A stretch of 64,000 nucleotides of DNA from Pelomyxa schiedti. Its lineage: Eukaryota > Protista > Evosea. The stretch lies in NCBI GenBank assembly GCA_020536535.1, contig JAHLWZ010000179.1, positions 22,095 to 86,094 on the forward strand, written 5' to 3'. Made by a program: the position numbers and the translations under genes. Below are positions 1 to 11,706 of this stretch, piece after piece; the first letter of the stretch is position 1; each line of letters opens with the position of its first letter. The notes beneath the pieces were generated by a model, which was not told the origin of the DNA, searched no databases, and saw only the letters and a list, made by a program, of their open reading frames with translations.

Positions 1-2
1 CT

Positions 3-1478
3 ATGTGTGCAACAAACTCATCGCGTTGGGACAGTAACACTCGTACAAGCAGCGCCGAACCGGGCGAAAAGTTGCCTGCGGTGTCTCACCAAATGCAATT
101 GCGGCCGCGTCGTGTACTCCCAATGTCTTTGAGAATGCAGGCTAAATATGACGTGAGTGATTCCGACACAGACGAACAGAGAAAGAGTAGCGACATACAA
201 AAGGAAGACGAGAAGGCAGTGGTGGACTCTGACAGTGGAGGTGAAGTTCTGGAGAAGAGTGATAAAATTAAGTTCACCTTTCGCAATGGGGGGAAAACGA
301 TGCGCCGCGGGATGAGCCCAACCAAAATTTCTGAGTTGCGTTCCGGGTATCTAACACCAGTAACTACACCCGTCAATTCCTCTCAGATAAAAGTACCTCT
401 CGACTCTGATGTTGAAGAAGTCCCTCTTCCACGCACAGTGAGACCCACCATCATTGACTTGGATGGTGAATCTAGTGACACCAGCACAAATTTATCTGAG
501 GAAAAACCGGAAAAACCACCAGCCTCTGCTTCACGCTCAACTTGGGTTCGTAATACTGGCAGCCCTTCGACATTGAGTGAAAGGGAACTACAAGTACTAA
601 GAGACGAAGAGTACGCCAAACAACTTGCACGCGAACAAGAAGAAGCAGCAGCATCTATTTTCATTCAAAGTATTGCCCACCACACACCGCCATTCGTGGA
701 AGACCGTTCTCACACTTCTTCTTCCCACACTTCCCCTTCTCATACGTCCCATTCACACATGTATCCTTCCAACACACCTCCTTCGCGCACTTCGCCTTCG
801 CACACGTCTCATTTCCACACTTCTCCCCACACCTCAACCAACACCTCAACCCACACCTCAACCCACACAACTTCCAGTCGTCCATACAGACCCCCCGTGG
901 ACACGAAATTTCACCACAGACCCACTGTTGAATTTCACCATAGTCCTAGCACAAGAAAGCCACTCGCACATTCTGTGCACGTACCAGCCGCACATTCTGT
1001 GCACGTACCACCAGCTGAAGCGTCATCGAAAAAATCACCTCGACTCCCAAGAAATATTTCCGACTTGCAACACAGGTTCCCTCTTCTTCGACAGTCTTAT
1101 TTGCTCTTAAAACCTCAAGAGAGCTATCAAGTGAGGACTATGAAACTCTCCTGAAGCTTGATGAAAAAATCCCTAACAGAAAAGGAGCCCGTAAAGATGA
1201 AATAGCCTCTCTGGAGCTCATCAAAGCACAGGTAGTTCCATCTGCATGTGGGTAACTAGCGTTGTGATTGTGCCTTCAGGCGGGTTCTGACACAGAATGT
1301 TCTATCTGCCTCGACAACATACAATCGGGACAAATGACCCGCGTTCTTCCATGTGAACATACCTTTCACCAGAAGGTACAACACTTATGTGCGAGTACTC
1401 GCAACTAACTCAATGCAGTGTATTGACAAATGGCTCATGCAAAACAGAACGTGTCCCGTTTGCAAGTCATCAATCTAA
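3..1478 (+). CDS. RING-H2 (C3H2C3) E3 ubiquitin ligase with long S/T/H/P-rich disordered N-terminus; multi-exon, 5' end may be incomplete
   Basis: Splicing intron 1376-1418 (GTACAA...CTAAC...GCAG) gives CSICLDNIQSGQMTRVLPCEHTFHQKCIDKWLMQNRTCPVCKSSI*, a canonical RING-H2; stop TAA at 1476-1478. Also contains a DEEYAKQL UIM-like stretch. Confidence 0.85.
966..1010 (+). repeat. In-frame 24-bp tandem duplication (AHSVHVPA x2) in the RING gene; 12-bp ACCTCAACCCAC-type repeats lie just upstream (~832-870)
   Basis: gcacattctgtgcacgtacca occurs at 966 and at 990. Confidence 0.85.
1376..1418 (+). other. Representative 43-nt spliceosomal intron with ACTAAC branch point
   Basis: GT...AG ends, ACTAAC at 1404-1409, and removal restores the RING-H2 motif. 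Confidence 0.9.
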
Positions 1479-1821
1479 AGATAAAGAAAAGTTTTTTTTG
1501 TGCCTTTCGTTGGAGATTTGGAATTGCAGTTGCAGATCGCCAACATGGACCGTCAGTACCGCCACACTTTTTTTTTTCTGTCCCCTGGTTTTTTCTCCTC
1601 GTGGTGATTGACGGTTAATGGCGTAGGTGGCGGGACAGCGACCCCAAGCGGCAACCAACAAATTGTGGGACAACCGACCAATGTCAACCCTCCCCCTTTG
1701 AGTGACAACAGAAACAAGCAGTTTGGTGCACCACACTCTCTTCTTTTTTTTTCTTTCCATTGTGTTTTGTTCTTCCCCTTTTTCTAAATCAAGCACAGAA
1801 GACAAAACAGGCAATCCGATC

Positions 1822-4422
1822 ATGTATACTAGTACCACACAACAAACGCAATTACTACTACAATCTCAACAACAGCAGGCACAGCAACAACAACAATCAC
1901 GGCGCCCCCCGATACCAAGCGCCGCTATGGTGCAAATGCAACAACTAACGGCGCATCAGGCACAACCCCAACAGCAACTACAGGCACAGCAGTTACAACC
2001 ACAACACCAACAGCTTCTGCAACAACAGCAGCAACTCATGCTGCAGCAACAGCAACAGCATCAGCAACTTATACAACTGCAGATGCAGCAACATCAACAG
2101 CAACCGCAGAAATTTATGCAACAACAGTTTCAGCAACCCCTTCAACAAGCACAACAGCATCCTGGCCAAATGCAAGCAAGTATGCAACAAAGAGTGCTTC
2201 AACGTGGACAGCCCCAACAATTTTTGAATCCTAATCAAGTTAACCAGATACCTAATTCACCATCGAGTATAACACCAAACATGAATGCAGTCCCCTCACA
2301 CCAACAAAATTCAGCAGTTCCCCAGTCTCATTTTCCTGCTCAAGGACAGTTGCACGCAATGTCACTGCAGCAGCCTCCGCAGAATTCGCAACAACAAATT
2401 CCTCTGCAGCTTCAGGCACAACCACAACCCCAAGCGCACATGCCTCCAGTTCAATTACCAACCAGTGTCAATCTTCCCCTGCAGAATTCCTTTACACCCC
2501 CTCCACAACACCAACAACAGGCACTGCCCCAGTCGAAACTAATGAACCCATACGCGGCCCCGGGATCCGTTGTTCCCGAGTCAGAATTGGCACTGCAACC
2601 ACTGCGCTCTTTCACTAAGCCAAAATGGTACAAACCACTATCAGCAGATGAGTGCGAAAAAAGAGCATTTCCAGATCTCTTTTTGGCTCCACAAAATTCG
2701 TTAAGTCGATATGTGGTATACATTAGAAATGCATTACTTTTAAACTCATTCCCTCCCAGAAGATACGGGAACTCATTCTTACATGGTACAAGTACACCCA
2801 ACAGATCACTTACACAAACTGTCGCCGGTCCCTCGTCAGCAAGGGGATAACTGAAGACGCATGTTTGATTCTAAGAATTTACAACTTCTTGGTCCATCAT
2901 CACTTCTTTGAAATGTATTTTTATTGTCATAGAACTTCCTTTCTCCTATTTACTTTATCCAGAGCCTCAGCCAGCCCAAGTTCGGCGAATAATGACAGTT
3001 CGTTACGAGACGCTGTGACTACGGCCGCAAGAGTTCCTTCGTCAGATTCTTCCAACATGAATACCGGCTCGAACCTGGATCTTCACAACACCATGCCAAT
3101 TAAGCCTAAATTGTCACAAGTATAGCCGCAACTAACTTTCTAGGACTGACAATTTTGTAGAGGCTATGTGAAAAGTGTGGTGCAGATTGCAGTAAACTCA
3201 CTAAAAATGGATCGATGTTGTGTGATGACTGTGTAGCGCTGGGTGCTGATGGCACGGATCTCAAAAACTCCCTTCCAGAGAATTTGATGGCAGATGCAAC
3301 AACCAGCAACACTCCACATTCGGAGCCCCCATGGACAGAGGAAGAAACCTTCAGGTTACTTGAAGGGCTGGAGATTTACAACATGGATTGGGATAAAATT
3401 GCAAAATACGTGCAGACTAGGACAAAACATCAGTGTGTGGAACACTTGATTCAAATGCCAATAGAAGATCCATATCTTGAAGATAACATCAGCGTTAATA
3501 CAAACAAAGGTTTTCTATTTTCATTGAGATACTGTTTCTCAAATTGTCAAGGAACTGTTCCTGGAACTTTTGCTAGTTCTCCCAACCCAGTCATGACCTT
3601 AGTTTCCTTTCTTGCCGCCACAGTATCCCCCGCCGTTGCCGCAGCTGCCGCCACTGCAGCAAGAAATGCTATTCTGGCAGAAAATTCTCGTACTGATACC
3701 GAGCTGCCTTCCACACCAAGTGACAGTCTTGGTTTGCTTTTACTCATCAAGGTGAATTCTAACAGTTACAGACTCTATTTCGCATGAAGAGTGTCAAACT
3801 GCTTCAGCAGCTGCCCTTGCCTGTGCCGCCGAAAAAGCTTCTGTGAGTCTAATCAGTTTTGTTTCTCCCTCTTACTGGCTCAGGAACTTGTAAAAAGTGA
3901 GGACAGAAAAATTCAGAGTTGCGTAATGGAAGTGATTGAGGAACAGATGCACCGTCTCGAACTAAAACTGAACCATTTCCTGGAGCTGGAAAGCAACTTA
4001 GAATCTGAATGGATGAAGGTAGCTACATTTCCCATATATACAAGCTTGTTTACAAGGAATACTAGCTCCAGCAACTCCAAAAACAGCTTCAGCAGCAAAT
4101 CATCTATCAGCAACAAATCACCCATCAACGAATAGACATGAGCCGGCAAGCACCTCAACTACACCAAATGCAATCACCAGCCAATTACCAGTCATTCCCG
4201 CAAGGAATTCCGTCACAACCAGTGAATCACCCCCACCAGCCCACACCTACCCTGCATCAACAAGTAATGCCTACACAGGCAACACAATTTCCTACCACTC
4301 TAGGGCAGCCTATGTTCCAGCAACTGGCGATACAACAAGCACAACAACAAATTTTGTCACCACAAGCACTCCCTACTCTACAGCCTGGCCAACAAATTCC
4401 GCAGCAGAGACTGGACATATGA
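1822..4422 (+). CDS. SWI3: SWI/SNF subunit SWI3/SMARCC-like (polyQ N-terminus, SWIRM, ZZ-like, SANT, SWIRM-associated helices, Q/P-rich tail)
   Basis: PKWYKPLSADECEKRAFPDLF...YIRNALL and LRIYNFLVHH (SWIRM); CEKCGADC...LCDDC (ZZ-like); WTEEETFRLLEGLEIYNMDWDKIAKYVQTRTKHQCVEHLIQMPIEDPYL (SANT); NPVMTLVSFLAATVSPAVAAAAA and EVIEEQMHRLELKLNHFLELE (SWI3 C-terminal signatures). Confidence 0.9.
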
Positions 4423-4490
4423 CCTAGTCCAATTTTGAAAAAAAAAGATGTAGCAAAAATACATTTTTTTATAAGTTTGTGCTACACTGT

Positions 4491-6792
4491 TCAGGAAAGG
4501 AACGCCACCAGACCCCCAGTAATGAGGGTATGTTGCCAATCCTTGATGGCTTTCTTGAATGAAGTGACACCAATGTTCAGTAATTCACGGAGAGATGCTC
4601 TTGCATCGGCTTCTGTTTTCGTAAGATAGAAAGCGTCATGCAAACAGAGATTGATAGCGTTTTCATCTAACATCTGAGGCGATTGTTGGTGGGGCTGTGT
4701 GTCGTCTTGTGGGAGATAATACCTTGTCAAAAAGTAGGCAGCACAGGTACGTGATTAAACTACTACAACGTCGTAGAATTGTGAAGGCCTCTTCACATAA
4801 ACCAAGAAACCTGGAGGTGTGAGATGTTTTTTTTTTTTTGCCTATGTTAGAAAATACCTCTCCCAAGCACCTGCGGTCTCAAGTTTTTCCCGCAACTCAA
4901 CCGGGAATGCAAACCTATTGGCATCTATCCACGGTTTTGTGTTGAAGATGTATCTGATGTAAGTCAAGAGGAAGGAAAGAAAGAAACTTATTACTTACCC
5001 AAAATCAATGTGGAAGAAGGTACTTGTGGTATTTACAAACATCATATTATCTTGGTGTCTATCTCTCACACCTAAAATATAGCTGTAATGTGTAAGAAAA
5101 ACCAGAATTTCTAATTCGAAGGGGAAGATACGCGGCAACATATCCTCCAGTTGCTGAAGAAAGAAGCTCATCGATTTGTGTCTGGCTGCGTGGATCAATG
5201 GAATGCCAGTTGAACTTGGTGAGTGGAACAGCATTTTCCACAAACTCGATGGCACCAATTGTCTCATTCATTGGTGTGACAATATAGGTAAAGGCACGAG
5301 GTTTAAGTTGCATGGAGCTTGATTCCCATATTACATTAAATATCCCGAACATTACTTGCACCTGCACGAATTAGTCACTATAAGTCTCAAGTCAGTACGT
5401 TTTACCATCATATCCACTCGTAGGTCATCCCCCTTTTTAAGAATAAATCGTTTTGGGGGAGCACCATTGAATTTAATCTCCATTAAACTGGGCCGCGCAT
5501 GTGAATTGAACACTTTCACAACTGTTTGTCGGTTAGTGAAGATAGTGACCTAGGGTGAAACCTTCAATTTGAGTGACTTGAGTGCTTTGCCCAAAAAGAG
5601 GGTCGTACTTCACACCGTGCCATAATTGTTGGTTTGGGGGAGGTTGTGCCTGAGGTTGTTGTGGCCGGGCTGGCTGTGGTGGAGTGGGATTGGACTTTGG
5701 TACATGGAGAACATGAGCTTGAAGCTGTTGCTGCAACTGCTGTTGCTGAAGTTGCAAAGGCTGAGCATTTGTTTGCCGAGGAACTAATATCTGTGGTGGC
5801 AGAGGCTGCGGTGGCAACGGCTGAGGTGGGACCTGTGTGGTAATGGCAGGAAGGGAAGGAGGAGGGGGACGAAGTTGTGGCGTGTGAGGTGGACTCCCTG
5901 GAGACGGGGGAACTTGGGGAAATGCGGAATTTTGAATCTGTTGTAAGTGTTGTGACCACATGTCCTGCCTGAAAGAGTTGATGAAGTGAACAGAAGGCGC
6001 GGTTGTGTTTGTGTTGGTGTTGGCGGGATCCAAGGGAGTCTGTGGAGGAGATGGTAGTACGGTGTTCGATACAAACGCGGAAGAGTCAAAGTGAGAGCAA
6101 GCAGCTTCCATGCTCGAGAAAAAGTCATCAGGAGCCGATTTCACACTCAGTGGTTGGTCCTGCCCGGTCTTTTTCCTGGAACCAGAGGACTTGGCACCAC
6201 AACTGCACGCGCAATTGCACCTGCAGCAGCTGCACCCACAATTGCAAGAACAACACCGCAGCGGCGACCTACACACAACGGGTGGGCGAGGAGGCTGCGG
6301 AGGCTGGGGCAGCAGCCCCGCCGCCTCTGGCGACAAAAACCCACACTTGAACATCCAGAAGGCAAAATGAGCCAGGCACGGCAACGGGGCTGTAAATGTC
6401 GTGGCAGAGGTGCCGCCGCCCCGCTCCCCAGTCTCGCACGGCGACGAGGAGGAAGAAGACAGGAAGGGCGAGGAGGCGAGCAGGGGGGAGCGCCACACGG
6501 CCCGGCAGATCTGGGAGTCCCACTCGGAGCGGACGCAGGGGAGCTGGGAGTGCTGGGCCAGGCGCGCGACGATGGGCAGCAGAAGCTTTACGTGCTCGAC
6601 ACAGCAGGGGGAGCCGAATGCCAGGTCGCAGGTCGCCGCGGCGTCGGCGGCGTCCAAGGACCCTGGGGAAAGCGCCACGATGCACTGCAGCACACGCAGC
6701 ACCCCCTGCGCGTGGTGCCGCCGCCGCTGCTGGCGTTCCCTGAATAGGCTTATGGTACTCTCCGCGGGCGTCATTGTGGCACCGCAACTCAT
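4491..6792 (-). CDS. Phosphatidylinositol 3-/4-kinase-family protein (catalytic domain after a P/Q/C-rich N-terminus)
   Basis: Minus-strand exons give VFNSHARPSLM...FILK, GDDLRVDMM, GAIEFV, ILGVRDRHQDNMM...FFHIDFG and FLGLCEEAFTILRR, all PI3K catalytic motifs. Confidence 0.85.
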
Positions 6793-6963
6793 CGATCCCG
6801 GTTACAATTCTCGAAAGGTATGCCCGTCAATCAAACTTTAGTTCAAGAAGGGCATTTTAGAATCAAATTAAGAGTGCAAGATTGCCACAGATGTCAAAAA
6901 GCACAAAGACCAACAGAAGAAGAATGTCTCGGGTCAGGCCCAGATTACCAATTTGTTGGAGAA

Positions 6964-7142
6964 GTTCTGTCTGTGTTGCTTGGAGCATTGTTGTGGTCTT
7001 TCCCAAATCTGTTTGTGCTGACTGGAGTGTGGCTTTGGTATTTCCCAAGACTCAGCCCTGGGAAATACCAAAGCCACTCTCCAGTCAACACAAAGAGATT
7101 TGGGAAAGACTCAAGCAACTCTCCAATCAACACAGACAGAAC
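6964..7142. repeat. Long imperfect inverted repeat (fold-back): 84-bp arms 6964-7047 and 7059-7142, 11-nt spacer
   Basis: Manual alignment of the left arm with the reverse complement of the right arm gives 74/84 identities; the inner 52 bp have 3 mismatches. Confidence 0.95.
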
Positions 7143-8045
7143 CAGGAGTGGGGATGGTCTAGCAATGCCAAAGACTGCAGTAATTCCAGCTTGTGCAACA
7201 ATGCGAAGTTCCTTTCTACTGCTACATAAACTTCACTGTCGTCAGAGCTGACGGAGCCTCCTTCGTGTAGTTGGAGAGTCTGTCGCCACACAAAATCTTC
7301 AGGAAAGCTAAGCCAGTGAAAAATAAAACACAGAGACTGGATATCGCAGGCTGGGTCTCGGAGTAATCCAAGATGCTGGAATACTGAGGCCCATGTAGAG
7401 TTGCCTCGGAACGATGTAGGGTGTGTGAGGTTGCGGTTTGTGGGGTCCACTCCTTGGGTGGAACTACTTAGGTTTTCAGCAAGGTCGAAATCCACTATTT
7501 TACAGGCAATGAAGTATCGACTGGCACGAAGATGTGTTGTGGCTTTAAATCCAGAATGAGAATGCCTGAGCGATTGAGTGCCGATACGGCAGCAACTACA
7601 CGTGATGAGCAGCTAGGATCAGTCACATTTCACTGCTTAGACAGGTATCACCAACGCTCTGCACTAGGAGCATTTTGCGTGATGATGAGGAGTCGAGGAA
7701 CTGACCAATAATGACGCATGAGGAAATATGCTGGGCAGCCTCCCGTGATGCCATAGCCACCTTGTACGCGTCTTGCTCCCTTGAACACCACTCCTTGACA
7801 AAAAACTTTGATGAAGAACCGTCTATCGTGTTAGACGAACTCTGGGCATTAATACTCGAATCTGAGAATGGTAGCGTCGCGTCACATCTAGTCACTTTGG
7901 TAACGTTGTAAACCCCGCAAAACCTGTGGCCACTAGACGGGCCTTTAGAGTCGCGCAGCAGATGCAATGTGTCCCCCTTAAGAATCGGTGTCGGGTGCGC
8001 CCACGGGTTGAGGATCGTTTCCTGCACTGAGAAAGGCCTTGTCAT
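7127..8045 (-). CDS. Divergent CK1/VRK-like protein kinase
   Basis: After a short intron near 7610-7630: GILILDLKPQHIF (catalytic loop), VKIVDFDLA (DFG to DFD), FRGNSTWASVFQHLG (cf. CK1 GTARYASINAHLG), DIQSLCFIF (cf. DLESLGY); FFVKEW supplies the beta3 Lys. Confidence 0.7.
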
Positions 8046-8109
8046 GCTGTGACTTCGTCTTTTTTTTTTTTTTTTTTTGATTATTACTAATGCCAAATGT
8101 CAACCTCAA

Positions 8110-9273
8110 TTACATGTAATGAGTATCAGGATCTGATGATTGAGTGAGGTTTTGAATCACCCACGAAAACACAAGGAGACATATCGGTAACCACTGTGCT
8201 CCAGGCAGGGGCCGCTGTTGGACCCCAGATGGCACTTGCGGGGTTGCAGTGTCTCTTTGGCCGTTGTCATCGAGCCTATTGGAGCGAGTGTACTTGGTTC
8301 TTGTGGCTGACAATGTTGGTGCGCTTCGTTTTGTCCACTCAATCATTTCAGCTTCGTTGACGGGACTGGATGTTCCGGGCTGTTTGTGAAAGTGCAGAAA
8401 TAGAGCACTGCAGGAGAGGGCCAGCAGCCCAGTCAGTCCCACAATAACATGGGCTATCAGGGGCAGATTGCCGCTTTGCCCAAACCGAACTTCCATCACC
8501 CTCGAGGTGAAAACAGTGCAACAGTAGGAGAAGATAGCGACGCTGGACGTCAAAATCGTGCCCGTGGAATGTGACAACACAGTAATAACCAGTGCCACAA
8601 CAAACTCCGTAGCTGTGGCTACAGGCGCAGCGCACAGAGCAAGCGAGTAGAAAGCCGAGATAGTAGTTACTGCAGCAACCGCACCAAATCGGCTATAATA
8701 CACGTGATAGCAGTATCCTCTGAACACCACCTCCATCAGAAACACCCTCGCCCCAATACTAGCCGGAATTATTGCCGCGCTCAGCACGAAGAAGTACAAA
8801 ACCCTCAGCGGCGACGCACCAGCCCCCCCATCCTCACTCTCCCCAGCCTCCTCCTCAGACAAGAAAATAGCCACCCCAGCACCCACGACTAGGCCCAGGG
8901 CCACACCCAACACAACCGATGCAGCCATGTGCCCGGCGCCGGGCCACCGCAGCCTCAGCACTCGGTGGTAGTCCCCGCACCTGTCAGATAGGGCGAAGCA
9001 GACGCACAGGGACCCCACGGAGAAGCACGCGGCCGTCTCGCCCACCACGGCGAGGCAGGACCAGCCCAGCCACGCTCCCGCCCACCACGACGCGACCGTG
9101 GCGGCGGGCAAGATCCCCACTAGCAGGTTGGCGCGGCCGACACCCCCGCACCTGCCAGCACCCCCCGCCTCGGCCGTGTCTCGCAACCAACCACTCCTCT
9201 CATTGTCACTGACGACGTCGTCTGTATCTCGCTCAGTTATTGAAGCGGCTGCCGCAAACGATCCGTCTTCCAT
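8110..9273 (-). CDS. Multi-pass membrane protein, CPBP/Abi (type II CAAX protease)-like, probably degenerate
   Basis: 387-aa ORF with many hydrophobic segments; FLMEVVFRGY...RFGAVAAVTTISAFYSLAL resembles the EExxFRG...SSxxFAxxH motifs, but one Glu and the His are missing. Confidence 0.55.
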   Translation of the reverse strand: MEDGSFAAAASITERDTDDVVSDNERSGWLRDTAEAGGAGRCGGVGRANLLVGILPAATVASWWAGAWLGWSCLAVVGETAACFSVGSLCVCFALSDRCGDYHRVLRLRWPGAGHMAASVVLGVALGLVVGAGVAIFLSEEEAGESEDGGAGASPLRVLYFFVLSAAIIPASIGARVFLMEVVFRGYCYHVYYSRFGAVAAVTTISAFYSLALCAAPVATATEFVVALVITVLSHSTGTILTSSVAIFSYCCTVFTSRVMEVRFGQSGNLPLIAHVIVGLTGLLALSCSALFLHFHKQPGTSSPVNEAEMIEWTKRSAPTLSATRTKYTRSNRLDDNGQRDTATPQVPSGVQQRPLPGAQWLPICLLVFSWVIQNLTQSSDPDTHYM

Positions 9274-9614
9274 TTTTTTTTGATTCGGAGCTTTTGCTTG
9301 TTGAACTGCAAGAACTTTTTTTATTTTACTTTTTCTGATATTCCCGGCGGGGGAAGAGGGATAGAGTGCTAGTGCTGTTTGCTGGGATTTTGTNNNNNNN
9401 NNNNNNNNNNNNNNNNNNNNNNNNNNNNNNNNNNNNNNNNNNNNNNNNNNNNNNNNNNNNNNNNNNNNNNNNNNNNNNNNNNNNNNNNNNNNNTTTTTTT
9501 TTGATTCGGAGCTTTTGCTTGTTGAACTGCAAGAACTTTTTTTATTTTACTTTTTCTGATATTCCCGGCGGGGGAAGAGGGATAGAGTGCTAGTGCTGTT
9601 TGCTGGGATTTTGT
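9273..9614. other. Assembly gap (100 N, 9394-9493) flanked by an exact 121-bp duplication of contig ends
   Basis: 9273-9393 is repeated verbatim at 9494-9614 on the other side of the N run. Confidence 0.9.
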
Positions 9615-11706
9615 TGGTAGCGGCTGAATTCATGGCAAATTCCGTCGAGAATGACCTGTGGTGACACTGGGCGGCTGGAATCAACAGTTGCAGAGGCATA
9701 TACAAGGCCTGAGTGTGAGGTAATGCCCACTCCAATTGGAGCTGTACCAACTGAGGGGACAAACCCCACTGTGTGCATCACTTTCTTGCCAGCAAAGTAG
9801 AACTGTGTAGGGGGATGAATTATTAGTTTTTATGACTGCGGAGTGAATTCTAACCTGGGAAGTGGGACCAGATATGGTTGTAAAACACAGGCTGAACTTG
9901 GAGAAGTACGCGGACATCAAAAGCTTGAACATTTGAAGAGGAGCTAGGCCAGAGATGTGATGAGCAAGTAAATTCCCCAATGCCTCTCCCTTCTTTTTCT
10001 TTTCCACGACTCTGTTTGATTGTCACTCCTGGAACATGGGAAGTGGATGAAACACACTTGGCTAGAATCTTATTCTTTGAAGAGAGGTCCTCATTTGAGA
10101 CTGGCAGATCAACAAACATGACTCCAATTTGGTTTCCCCAGGCAACTTCCCCAGGCTTTAACTCTGGGCGCAGGTTTCCAGCGAATCCAACACGAACGCT
10201 TTTCACTGATGCAAGGCTGTTGGGTCTAACTGCTTCAATGGCATCACCAATTCCACGTGTAGTACAGGAAAGAACCTAAGAAATTGTAAGAGTTTTGACT
10301 AAGTAATTTGAGCTCTACAATTGAGTTGAAAGTTCCACCCCATTGTTTTCCTATTGATTTGATTTCGTCAACAGTACCCAAGTATCTCCAGGCTACATTC
10401 TTTCTTCCTATTTGAAAACTAAGTTCGATTGGTTTTCTGCTGGAGTCATACCAGACAGAGGACCAACTCTCAGCACTGTGTTATCAGGGAGTGCAATAAG
10501 TTGCAGCAATAACTGGAAGAAGACGTATAAAAATGCAGCAATGCTCTTTGGACGTGGTTTAGAGGTTTTGTTGGCAAAGGTAACATCCTCAGCAGAAGCA
10601 TCCAATTTAATGGGGCTTCTAGAAGGAATGAGTATAGTATAGAGAAGCAGTAAAGATATACCCAGGAGGGCAAAACGGATCTTTATCAAAAATTTGTGCA
10701 ACTTGAAAAAACCCTATACCATCCACAAGGCAGTGGTGAGCTTTGACTAGAAGTGCCCACCCTACTGGCTTCCCATCTTTCCAGACATAGTTATCAAAAA
10801 AGCGAACCTTGACGTGGTGAGAGCAAGCTCTTATGAAAGGAGACTTCACTAACCTGCCATAGTGGCTTGGATTCATCCAAATGTGAAGAGAGAGCTTCGG
10901 CAACACTGTCATTGAAGTGTTCTTCATTAGGACCGTCTAGGGAACAATTAATAAGCCAACGCAACTCTAAGTCCCTACCGAAACGTTCATAGGAAAGGTG
11001 ATAATCCATGTCAATTTCATTTGGCTTCTGGAAAAAAGGCATGGCGGATCGTCTTGAATGTAGTACATGACTGAATCTAAGGATATTTTCGTTAGGAGTA
11101 TTGGAGTCAGAACTACGAAACAAAACCTATCATGGGAAAGAATTCTGGCCCTAAGGACTAACTCCACATCTTCTTTGCTAACGCTTCCCTCGCCAAAGAC
11201 AATACCCTAGAGTATAGTCAAAAACTTACTAGCACCTCCAACCCCGAAATAGGGACTACATACTGCCACCAGTGGAGGATTGGACTTGTATTTTCCCAAG
11301 TTGTACCATACATTATCAGGCAGGCCGAGAAAGTCCGCTCCTCTTGGTACTCTAGATTTTGAACCATTAGTTCCATCTATTTAAACAGTAGAAGGAAGGA
11401 GCGAGGGACATACTTTTTCCACCACCAACAACAGAGTACCAGAGCAATAGGGAGAGCCCAGTAAGGCAACACAGCAGCCATCACAGCCCACCACAATGGA
11501 CTGGGCCTCCCACACACCCCCCCACTCACTCGATACACCATCGCGCACCATACCACCCTCACCACTGCCTCTCTCGCCCACCCCCACCCCTCGTCTCCCA
11601 TCATTGCAATTGCCGGCAACGATGAGTCATCATAGGGCGACGGCGAGGTGCTGTATAGTCCCATGGCTGGAAGGCCATCGGTTCCACTGTTGAAATGTAA
11701 GCTCAT
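9547..11706 (-). CDS. Wax ester synthase / diacylglycerol acyltransferase (WS/DGAT family); start uncertain (11706 or 11945)
   Basis: Intact HHxxxDG motif in WALLVKAHHCLVDGIG; LSLHIWMNPSHYGRL, VAWGNQIGVMFVDLP and ISGPTSQV match the WS/DGAT layout; N-terminal TM segment; stop TAA at 9547-9549. Confidence 0.85.

Noticed and set aside
1850-2530. CAG/CAA-rich tracts here and at 13320-13600 and 40260-40290 as satellites or CRISPR-like arrays
   Set aside because: They are in-frame polyQ and QP low-complexity coding sequence with no constant repeat and unique spacer structure.
5564-6841. Numerous long overlapping ORFs on both strands in GC-rich regions (also 37300-38240, 39760-40490, 42080-43430, 56600-57490)
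   Set aside because: These are shadow ORFs expected from high GC and few stop codons in low-complexity first exons; only one frame per locus joins conserved domains.
9273-9614. 121-bp direct repeat flanking the N run, initially resembling LTRs or a target-site duplication
   Set aside because: The copies are identical, abut a round 100-N gap exactly and end at the contig edges: an unmerged contig overlap.
11070-11095. ATATCCTT on the minus strand as a U12-type 5' splice site
   Set aside because: The context is CTAAC…ATATCCTTAG, i.e. the branch point and 3' end of an ordinary U2 intron.
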